64,000 nt of DNA from Octopus bimaculoides. Taxonomy: Eukaryota. Shown here in pieces: positions 29,330-40,500 of this stretch. The translations under genes and the position numbers were made by a program. The stretch lies in contig NC_069004.1 of assembly GCF_001194135.2 (NCBI RefSeq), positions 1,810,845 through 1,874,844 on the forward strand. Direction: 5' to 3'. Each line of letters starts with the position of its first letter. Position 1 is the stretch's first letter. The notes under the pieces are model-generated. The model worked only from the letters and a program-made list of their open reading frames with translations. It made no database searches and was not told where the DNA came from.

Positions 29330-29880
29330 TATAATTGACTACTAACTACTGTTCAATGTGTTTGCAAGGAATTTTTAAAGCATTTTAAAATGGGACCATA
29401 TTAGATATGAAATACTGAATATGTCTGGAAGCTTACATGACAGTATGCTTAAAAGAACATTTTATTTGGAACTGAACTGGTGTCATATTCTTCTTGTAAT
29501 GAACTTAATAATCTTCATACTCAATTATATATACTTGTATTAAATTTTAAATTAATGTTAAATCGGAGAAATTTTATTTTTTTACTAGCGAATGGTACTC
29601 ACTTTTTAGATTTAATAATTTTTGTCTAACTCTTCCAAACTCTTATACAATGTAAAATTCAAATTCTACTAAAATTGTTCTGAAATAGAGGTTTTTTTTA
29701 ATTATTATTTACTCCATTGAAAAATTAATTTCTCCTTATTTTCTGTCAGTAGTTTATGTGCACAGAAGAAAGATTTTTGAGAAAAAGGTTTGTTTCTGGG
29801 TTTTTTCTTCTTAAATAACAATTATCTCTTCTGTGTTCATATCTAGTGGCTCCCAAGAAATTTCTTTAGAGAAAGTAGGA

Positions 29881-29886
29881 AATAAA
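29881..29886 (+). terminator. Candidate proximal polyadenylation signal (AATAAA) for CD164-like gene
   Basis: AATAAA in the AT-rich, SINE-free region 3' of the stop codon. Confidence 0.35.
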
Positions 29887-30534
29887 TTTTTTGGGAATTA
29901 ACATCACTTGAATATAATAAATAACCAGTTAGAATAATTTATTTACAATTAATTTCATTGCAAACCAATTTGAAAACTTGTTTAAAATATTTAAATACCA
30001 TCTTCTAGCAGCTTATGATTTTGACTAGAAATAGAGAGAGAGATTGAAGTTATTCAGTCCCAGTTTTAGTTGAATATATTAAGCATAGTGTAGTTTAATT
30101 AATGCTAAGTTAATGTTAGCTTCTTGTTTTCCTCTAAAATATTTCAATTATTTGTACAATTTTTTTTCTTTCTTTTTTTTCTTTCCAGGACGAGTTCAAC
30201 TGTCGCCCGCTATTGATTGCAGTTATAGCTGGTCCCTCGTCATTGATTGTAGTTAACTGCTCCCTTGTCATCTGATGCATTAGTTTTTAAATAGGTTTTT
30301 TTTATTTAGTTCTCCCCACCTCCAAACAGATTAATTCTAGAGCTAAGGTTTCTTCCTATTGTTTCTCCTCTCTGTTCACAATAGGTCGGTCGTGAACTCA
30401 TAATGTAAATGCAAGAGATTTGTCTTGGGATAAAAAGTGCAACCACCACTAAATGATGCCTAGTTCTTGTTCAAATGAAAGTTTCTTTATGTTTAGGTTG
30501 CTAGAGTGAATATCAAAGATTATATTTTGGTGAA

Positions 30535-30715
30535 AATAAAACCTGGTTGTAATTCAAGCTGAAACTTATAATTCTATTTATTTTTATTTTTTTAACAAAC
30601 ATTCCCTTTTCTGGCTACTAGGAACTGTTCTCTCTACCATTGGAGGTGAGCTTAGTTTGCTATCATTGAGACTGGAACCCAGTAACAGACCCTTTATCTT
30701 CTAATTCTGAATAAA
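30535..30715 (+). terminator. Candidate distal polyadenylation signals (AATAAA at 30535 and 30710)
   Basis: Two AATAAA hexamers at the end of the repeat-free stretch 28147-30750. Confidence 0.35.
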
Positions 30716-32563
30716 AGTTTTGACTCGTATATTGTTTGATTTTTGTTTTATTTTCAATTTTCTGACTAAGACTTCCAACTCTTCAGTTTTCCCCCAAAGA
30801 AACTGGTGACGCTCTCTGTCGGGAATTTCAAGGTTTTCTCATTTCCTCACACCCAGATGAAGTGCTGTTGCTTGGGCTGGAGATGAGAAATTGAAGATAG
30901 GACAGCGGCAAGGAGCAGTGGTATGGTGGAGCTAAAAATTACTGGTATGAGATGAATGCATTGGGGAGGAAGCTGAGAATTGGATCAAAACGATAGAAAG
31001 AACCAGGATATTGAGCAAGGCAAAAAGAAATAAGATGAAAAAAAAGCCAAGATGGTGGAAGGAGAGAAGAGTAAGTGAGAGAGAGACCCTCCTCCCCAAG
31101 ATACAGAAACTGATGCAGTTCTTTCGGTTTAGCTGCCTATGTAACATTCTGGAGATAAAGAAAAGAGAAGCTATTTTGCCTTAAAGCTATACTGAAAAGG
31201 AATACACCCATACATATGCATTTGGTGTTATTTGAACTCACAATGCAAAGAGTTTGAACCAGTACCACAGGGCATTCTATCAGCATCATCATAGTTTTCC
31301 AATGATGCCACCCTACATGCTAGGCAGGCAGGCTGACATTCCCCACTGAATGGAACGCCTGTCTGTCTTAGGGTGACCCATTTTCAGCGGAGTGGACAGA
31401 AGCAACGAGAAATGAAGTGTTTTGATCAAGAATATAATGCACCTCCGATCTGGTAATCAAAACCATGATTTTTTTTATGTTATCTTTATCACCTTTCCAG
31501 TATCCGTTTCTATTTCCATATTTTGCCCCTTGTGCTGTAACGGGCTGGGCATATCTGCAATGTAACATCACTTGTCCCTTTTCTTGGAAAACTTGTGTAT
31601 ATATATATATAAGCTAAAACAGAAACGAAGCGGCAAATGATTTGGCAAGACTGAGTCACCTTGATGAAAACTACTCGTATTATTAAAAAAAGATTAAGTA
31701 GATCGTGAGTAGCCTCCCTTATTCTTTGACGTAATGAAAATGATATTTTGTAGGGGGGGACAATCCCGTCTTAGATTAAGTAAGGCCGAGATTTCAAATT
31801 TGAATTTTAAATCAAAATCGAAGAGGCACGGAATATTTAATATTTCTTTCTTTTTTTTCTTCATTTTCTTACACATAAAGATCTTTTGGAATTGTCAGCT
31901 CAGTATAACCCGAGGCAAATAAATTACGTTAAATTAAACATTTTACGAACAAAATTCTTACACAAAATAAGTGCTGACCTTTTTGCATGTTGAAACAGAT
32001 TTTGTTGCATTTCAGGGGTGTCATTAGGAAACAAATTATACTGCTTGTATAACAGTGATGCTCATTTACAACAATAATGTGATGTCATGACAAGAAGAAA
32101 AACACACACACATATATATGTAGGGAGTTCGTTTTGCCCTGCCTCAGGTTTGAAACCCAAATCCACTTGCTTGTTGCTTGTCAAACAGGTCTGAAATCCC
32201 TTTGTGTTTGCATCTCCACACCGGAGGATTAATGGAAAACACTTGACCTCCTAGAACCTCTGCTGGTCACGGAAGTGTCAGTCCTTGGCTTTCGATTTGA
32301 CCTACATCCTGTCCATGGAGTATATAACAGGGCATTTCTTTCTCCAGCTTCATTTGAAGAGCAGCTTTTGGCCAGAATCAAGAGGACAATGCCACCCTTA
32401 TTCTTTATTTCTCTTTGTCAGCAGAGTGTAATCCTTCTCTTTCTCTCTCTCTCTGTCATCAGAATGCACAACAATCAACAGGCGAAGCTTTGTCACTGTC
32501 AATTATTAATTACTGCTAAGTGGAGCAAAAGAGAATGGAAAGTGTTGCTGAAGAGGTGTGACA

Positions 32564-32620
32564 AAAGATTTCTGGACAATGGACACGATGTGTGATGAAA
32601 GATTTCTGGACAATGGACAC
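32564..32620. repeat. Short tandem duplication (aaagatttctggacaatggacac x2, 34-bp period)
   Basis: Direct read. Confidence 0.85.
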
Positions 32621-33229
32621 AAGCTAAAATAAGAACAATAATAAATGAGTGAAGAACGAATGTATTGTGCCTGTGTTTATTTAGCAAAAAAAAAATTTTT
32701 TTTAGTGGCTATCCTGAAATACAACAGACTTTCTAACCACTTGCAAGCAAATAAACATGTAAATAATATATTCTATTCTTCAGTATTCTTCTTCACTTGA
32801 GATCGACAATTAGAGAACCTTCCATCTTCACTGCAACAGCAGTTACATTTAATCCCTACATGTGTGTGTGTATTGCTTAGGCATTGCAAGACCAATAACT
32901 CAATGTAGAACTCAATATGCATGTGTTTCAGAGCAAATTGTTTGCTGGGTACAGAGTGATGATAAGAAAGAGAGAGGCAACATAATTCGTTCCCAAATAA
33001 ATTACATTTCATATTCAAGGTTCCAATGAAGATGCAAGGTGTTACTCAGACACTCAACTTCGAGTCCACTGCATCTTGTAGCAGAAACAGCTGTAAGCTA
33101 ATGAAGTTCATAAAATAATCACTTATTCCTTAATCATTTCAATTTCTTGTATCTATACACACACACACACAACAAATGAAGGACAAACATTTCAGAGTGT
33201 TTGGGTGTCAATCTGAGGGGTCTTTTTCT

Positions 33230-33545
33230 TTTCCAGGTTATAGGTCATTTAGTTCACAATCGTAAGGTCATGAGATCAATTCCTGGCGATGCATTGTGCC
33301 CTTGAGCAAGACGCTTTATTTTCATGGTGCTCCAGTCTACTCAGCTGGAAAAAGTGAGTGGTACCTTTGTTTCAAAGGGGCCATCCTTGTCACATCTTGT
33401 GTCTCACTGAATCTCCCTGAGAACTACGTTAAGGGTACACGTGTCTGTGGAGTGCTCAGCCACTTGCACATTAATCTCACAAGCAAATTGTTCTGTTGAT
33501 CGTATCAGCTGGGACCCTCGTCGTCGTAACCGACAGAATGCTCCT
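33230..33545 (+). mobile_element. Family A SINE, tail 'ccctgagaactacgttaagggtacacgtgtc'
   Basis: Homologous to 39222-39535 (+), 47225-47430 (-) and 1545-1735 (-). Confidence 0.8.
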
Positions 33546-34743
33546 TAGGGTCTGTTTGATAGGATGAAAATAAATTAAGTAAAGATTTTATTTAACATAC
33601 ACAGGTACAAATTAATGCGCTTCTAAAGCAGAATTATGCTTAATCTTTATTAATCCACTTAAAAAGAATTAAAGAACAAATCTATTTTCAACACACCATA
33701 TGCAAATTAATCAACTTCAGAAACATTGCATAGTATTCTGGATAAACGGTCCATTACTGTGTAAAAACAAAAAAGAACTAAAAGGAAAAAATACCGTTTT
33801 CCACCTCTCTCCTTTCCAAATGAAATAATGATACCAATTCCAGAATTCTGCTTGCTATTCTAATTCAGTAAAAGAACTGATTACGCTTGAAGGTCAAGTT
33901 TTGCCAGTTGTAAAAAAAGAAAATTATTCCTAGGTATGGTTGTGAAGTAAGAATTTTGCCTCCCAGTAACATGGTCGAGGGGTTCAGTCCCACTGCATGG
34001 TACCTTGGGCAAGTATCTTCTACTATAGCTCCATGCCTATCAAAGGTTTGTGAATGAATTTGGTAGACAGAAACTGAAAGAAGCCTGTCGTGTACAAAAT
34101 ATATATATGTGATGGAGGTGGATGTGCGTGAGTGTCCTTGTGTTTGTCCCCTTCCCCACTACTTCACAACCAGTGTTGGTTTGCTTGCAGCCCAAGTAAC
34201 TTTGCAATTCAACAAAAAAGAGAATGACAGAATAAATACTAGCTATAAGACGAAGAAAAGAAAGAAAGAATTCTGGTTTAAGACACCCCCTCCTCCGCCA
34301 TAACCTTTAATCTTTAATTTTTTTGAATTTTCAGAAAATTTTTGTTCTATACACGGGAATTCATGGGATTATGAAAATGAAAAAAATTTTTATTCCGCTC
34401 CCCCCCGTCCCGATGTAGCCTAAAATTTCCACTCGTTTTCCGACTATTTTTTAAAATCAGAATTTAAGATACGGACAGTCGAAATTCTTTGCTTAAATCC
34501 CAGCAATGGACCATCCTTGAGTGCACTATCACTCCATTAAATATGCTTTGGGGGAGAAAAGTATTGAAAAGCATGAGTTACATGTCAGAATGACAAAGAA
34601 ATGAAGAGGACGGTATCAGGTAGTCATGGGATGTGCTAAAAACAACGGCTAAATCACACACAATTTTTTTTTATTTCCGTAATCGTATGCATTCGCGTGT
34701 GTAGAACAGAAATTCGCAGACATTTTCTGAAAACATTCCCCAA

Positions 34744-34902
34744 NNNNNNNNNNNNNNNNNNNNNNNNNNNNNNNNNNNNNNNNNNNNNNNNNNNNNNNNN
34801 NNNNNNNNNNNNNNNNNNNNNNNNNNNNNNNNNNNNNNNNNNNNNNNNNNNNNNNNNNNNNNNNNNNNNNNNNNNNNNNNNNNNNNNNNNNNNNNNNNNN
34901 NN
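34744..34902. other. Assembly gap (N run)
   Basis: Direct read. Confidence 0.99.
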
Positions 34903-34929
34903 AAACCAGAATTCCACCTAACCAAAGAT

Positions 34930-35060
34930 TTGTACTGAAGTCGATTCGTTTGATTAAAACCGGATCAGAAAAGATGCCCAGCTTGGCCGCAGTGAGTCGC
35001 GACAGCAACGTGATTGATTTCCGGTTGTGAGGCTTGCGCACGCCACCGGAAGTGGTAAGA
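34930..35060 (+). promoter_or_regulatory. Candidate UBE4A promoter / non-coding first exon
   Basis: CpG-rich island with TCGCGA, TTCCGG, TGCGCA and CCGGAAGTG (35046-35054) followed by donor-like gtaaga; about 2.2 kb upstream of the acceptor at 37285. Confidence 0.5.
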
Positions 35061-37309
35061 GCTACAAGTTGCTTTCAGATTATTTATTCTGTCGGAGAAT
35101 CCCCAGATTTTTGTTGGTGAGAATTTATTTCTTTAAATTATTATTATTGTTATTTTACCCCTTTCGTTTTTTTTGGCTTGATTTTTAAGGACTAAAAATG
35201 CCTAATACCTACAGTGACATAAACTAAAAACGACCGTAACAAGACGCTTAAATCCTTAAAATGGATTTATGTAAATATTTGCTGTCTTCAAAGCAGGAAA
35301 TGTTTGTTTATTGGTAAATGAGGATCCAAGTTGTCTGCAAAAAACCCTAACAAATCAGCACTGGCTGTCTAAGATCACAGCTGTAGGGCTCGGATTTAGA
35401 TCTACGGATCTTCCTTTGTGAATTTTGTAGGTCTTCCTATTCTTTGCTATTCTCTGTCATTCCTTCTAAAAACATTTTCTCTTGATTAGATATAAAAGCC
35501 ATGGAAGGATTTGATCGGCTGTTTTGTATTTTGATGATTGGTTGATTAGAAGATAATTCATTCTAGAAATCACTGCATATGTGTGTCTTTTACTAGAACT
35601 TGGGGTTTCTCTTTGAAAAGTGAGTTTGACGAGTTGAATTGCCGTGAAGTAAAAATTACAACAGCAATAATAATAATAATGATTAGGCACAGACTTTGAG
35701 GTGGGGATAGGAGGTGGCTTGTTGACTACATCGACTCCAGTGCTCTATTGGTGCTTATTTGGCAATCCTTCGACGTTTATGCGACTAATATCGAAGGAGT
35801 GGCACTTATTTCATCAACTCCGAAAGGCTGAAAGACAAAACTGATCTCTGAGAATGCTTCAAATGTTGGCACAAGGCCAAGGCCAAACATTTTGAAAGGA
35901 AGGGTGGACAAGTCGATTACATTAACCCCAGCACTCGGATGCTACCTTTTTTTCTAATCTATCCCCGAAAGGGATGAAAGACGAAGTCGACCTTGGCAGA
36001 ATTTGAGCTCAGAATGTAATAATTTGGATAGAAAAAAAAAAATACCGCAAAGCATTTCTTCCGACGCTCTGAAAATTTTGCCAGCTCATCGCAGTAAAAA
36101 TAACAACGTTTCTTGCGATGGCCTCTTTTCTGAGGGTTAACTAGCTAGACAAATTAATGGTTTTGCTAAGCCTCCGAAGGAACAGATCTTCCGGTGTTTA
36201 AAGACGTTCTACACGTGACCATCTCGTTTTATTTATATTCACAGATACACTTACCAGTATTATTTGTATCGTTCTCATTTTTGTACACAGCGTAATGTTA
36301 TTTGGTGACAATTCGACTGCTATTTCTAGCAGGTCTGGTGACTAGTAAATTTAATAAACTCGCAGTCAAAGCGACATCTCTTTCTTTCTTTCTTTCTCTG
36401 TCCAAACTGTGTTCTCTTGTTATGCCATTTGAACTCATCTCATTGTTTCCAACACAGACCACCGCCGCCGCCGCCCACCCTCTCAGAATACGGATGTTTT
36501 GAAGGGGAAAAAAAACAAAACAGACGTTGCTCGTTAAGTGGCCATTTATGAATCTGTGCTTGATATCCTACTTTCAAAATAAAACTGAAATGTTCAGTCA
36601 CGGCTTGTTCAATGTTTGTAACATGAACTGCTTTCAGTTTCTCTATTGTAGTAGTAGTAGTGGTAGTGGTGGTGGTGGTAGTTCTTGTTTAAGCCCACCA
36701 CCACCATCTCACCCAGGTCAGCTGATTGAAGATCAAACACTTCACCGAAAAGTACAAAGTGTAGCAACAGATGTCATTGTCTTGCGGTGGTAGTAGTAGT
36801 AGTAGTAGTAAAGATTACGAATAGCAAAGTATCCTCAGTACTCAGTCAACAGCAAACAATTCATTTGGAAGTCTAAATCCAACCCCTAAATGGATAACGT
36901 TTGTCAAGATGCACAAATCAGACCCGGAGCTCTGAACACTTTACTGGTAAATCCCTGTACATTTAGAGTAGTGGTTCGCAACCATTTTCTTTTCTTTTCT
37001 TTTTTTTCTATCTAAGGACCCCTTTTTAATTACTATTTCATTCTTGCCAGAGCTGACCTCGCCTGTGCTTGTGCTACATAAAGGGCACTAAGTCCACTCT
37101 GTTGGTTGCTGTGAATAAATAAACTGCACAGGAAATGCTATGAAACATTTGGTGGCTGACTATTTTGGCCAACATCTATCACATATGAACTATCTCTTAT
37201 CATTCTTATCGTCCTCATCATCATCATCATCGTTACTGTCGTCTTTTATTACTGATGTTTTTGATTTTTCTAACTGTATCTTCAGAAACTGGATAATGCC
37301 AAATAAAAG

Positions 37310-37505
37310 ATGAGTGACGAAGATATTTCTAGCAATCCGTTTGCAGCCCTTCTCCCTTTGGGTTCCCAGCCGCAGCAGTACACCAAGAAATTGTCTGCAA
37401 ATGAAGACAATGTTGTCGATACGACCAAAACAGATGACGGTTTGTCTGAAAGATTTAAAGCCAGTTGTATTCTAGGAGAAATATTTCTTGTTACTTTAGA
37501 TCCAG
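37310..37505 (+). CDS. UBE4A: UBE4A coding exon 1 ([15 protein letters not shown]...EIFLVTLDP)
   Basis: Acceptor ttcag at 37284-37285 (exon starts 37286), ATG 37310, donor CAG|gtaaat, phase 1. Confidence 0.9.
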
Positions 37506-40500
37506 GTAAATTTCTTTCATCTCTGCTTGTTATTGTTTCTTTTACTTTTGTTTGTATTAAGTAAGCTTTCTATAAAAATCATTTTGTCAACCCAACTCTG
37601 TGTTGGGACGGCGAATAATCAAATCTAATTGAAATTTTTTAGTCTGTGTGTATGTGTGTGTGTTCAGGTGCACAGCCTAGTGGTTAGGGTGTTGTGCCCA
37701 TGGTCACTAGGTTATGAGTTTGATTCCCAGACCAGGCAGCATGCTGTGTTCTTGAGCAAAACACTTCATTTCGTGTTGCTCCAGTCCTCCTTTCAGTTAG
37801 AGCGGAATGTTGTGCTGCTTACCAAGTCAGCGGGTTGGCGTCACTCGAAGACTAAAATGATGCAAAGCACACTGTGACCAGCGATGTGTAACATCATCTG
37901 ATAGTTTGGTTCAATCACATGATGTGTGTGTGTGTGTGTATGTAAAATATCACTATCATTGTTATTTCATATCTATATAAAATTTTCCCATTATTTCTCA
38001 GAATCATCCAAACAGCAAAGAATTCAAGAATCTGAGATTGTTGTTTGTGAGACTAAAAGACATTTTCTAAGATTGACAAATAAATGCTGGCATAATCGAT
38101 AAAAGATTTTGGATAGGAATCAAAGCAAGAACTGCCATGTTTTTTGACTCCCATTTCTCGTTAACATGTTGGAGTAACTCTCTCTCTCTCTCTCTCATTT
38201 ACTTCTCTTTCAGATGACATTTACTCTTGTCCTAAAGTTTACTTGAAAGACATTAACAATTCACAAACATGGCTGGATCTTGACTGTCTTAATCAGGTTT
38301 GGCCTCTTTTTTTCTTTTTTCTTTTTTTTCTGATAATATTTTATTTATTTTCATTTTCATTAAGGTGGCAAGCTGGTAGAATCATTAGCACGCTGGGCAG
38401 AATCGTTAGCACGTTGGGCAGCATTTTGTCCGTCTTCACGTTCTGAGTTCAAATTCCACCAAGGTCAACTTTGCCTTTCATCCTTTCGGAGGTTGATAAA
38501 TTAAATACCTGTGAAAGAACTGGGGTCGATGTAATCAACTAGTCCCCTCCCCCAAAACTTCAGGCCTTGTGCCCATAGCAGAGAGGATTATTTTTATTTC
38601 CAATGACTTATGCAAAAATCTCTCAATACACTGAGATTATTCATTCCTGTCACCACCACCCCCTCACTGTGCACAATTATTTCTCCTTCATCTGAATATT
38701 ATTATCCCTCATCCATCCTTCCCACACCTATATGTTACTATTTATTTTTTGGGCTCTGTAGCTCTGGTGCCAGGGAAAGTTAGATACAGGGGCCCAGGTC
38801 TGTGAGGGTTAATTGATGGTTGGCTCAGTCAAGGTTTACTTTCAGCTGAACTAAAACATTGCTATTTTCCATTGGTTTTTTTCCAATATCTATCATTCTT
38901 GTTGCATAATATCTCAGCATTTCACACACACTCCTCAAGCACATGGTGTCATTGTTTTCGTCTTGAAGGTTGTGCTTGAACGCTTACTTCTTGAAGATCC
39001 TAAACAGTCCATACAATTCGACAGCAAGAGTGCAAAGAGCGAGATTCACTTGGAGCAAGATTTGAAAAATGCAAGTGAACAGAAATCGTTGCACTATTTG
39101 TTTGGAAGCTTTCTTCGAGCACAACACCTCTTGGTTAAATATCAGGTAAGCATCGTTGGTTTTGTTTTCCAACAACCGTATCAATTCTCAGCATACTCGA
39201 TGTTATTCTTCATTGTGAATGCATGGAGCCTTGTGGTTAGGGTATTCGACTCAAGATCGAATGATCGTGAGTTTGATTCCTGGCAGCATGTTGTGTTCTT
39301 GAGCAAGTTGCTTTATTTCATGTTCCTCCGATTCACTCAGCTGACAAAAATGAGTCATGCTTTTAATTCAAAAGGGGGGCCAACCTGGTCACATTCTGTG
39401 TCGTTCTGAATCACCCTGAGAACTACATTAAGGGTACATGTGTCTGTGGAGTACTCAGCCAATTTGCATGTTAATTTCATGTTTGTTGATCGGATCAGCT
39501 GGAACCCTCATTGTTGTCACTGACAGAGTGCCACTTATGGTTATCACTGACCCTACCTGAAAAAACCCTGGTAGACAGAAACTAAAAGAAGCCTGTCGTA
39601 TATATATGCATGTATAAGTACTAGGGTTCATTCATTCAACTAAAAATTTCTTCAAGGCAGTGCCCCAGCATGGCCACAATCTAATGACTGCAACACATGA
39701 AAGATAAAAAGATAAAAGAAATCTTCAGTTTTTTTCTGTGATGGTTCATTCTTCTTGCAGGGGACCAGTTTTGAACATTATATTAAAGAATGTCAAAATG
39801 TGGCCTTAACAAATGCCAAACTGTGTCTACAGCAACCAGAACTTGTCTTGAGTCAAAGCTTGCCAAATCAATTCATCGACATATTCTTCAGCAACTACAA
39901 GACAGTCTTAGGTAAGTCATATTATTGCCATTTACTCTTTCTACCCGGTTATCATCATAACATCTACTTTCTCATGATAGCATGGATTGGACGGAATTTA
40001 TTGAAAAAGATTTTCTAAGGTCACGTAAAAGCGCCTGTGTGATGCCATGCAAAAGCACCCATGTAATAGCACCCAGCACACTCTGTAAGGTGGTTGGCGT
40101 TAGGAAGGGCATCCAGCCATAGAAGCCATGCCAAATCAGACTAGAATTTGGTGCAGCTCCCCAGCTTGCTAGCTCTGGTCAAGCCATCCAACCCATGCCA
40201 GCATGGGCAACGGACGTTAAGTGATAATGAAGGTCAGGTGTCCTTCCTGTCACCAACCCTGAACTGTTTCCAAGAAGATGATATTTTCTCTGTTGCCAGA
40301 CTTGTTCTTGCAGAGTATTCGGAAATGAATGTCACCGCTTATATAACAGTGACAATCATTTACAACTACCATGTGATGTCAAAGACAAAGCCTCACAAAC
40401 TCACACACACACATACACAGTTGACTTCTTTTCAGTTTCTGCTTACCAAATCCAATCTCAAGGCTTTGGTTAAGCCAGGGTTATAGCAGAAGACACTTAC

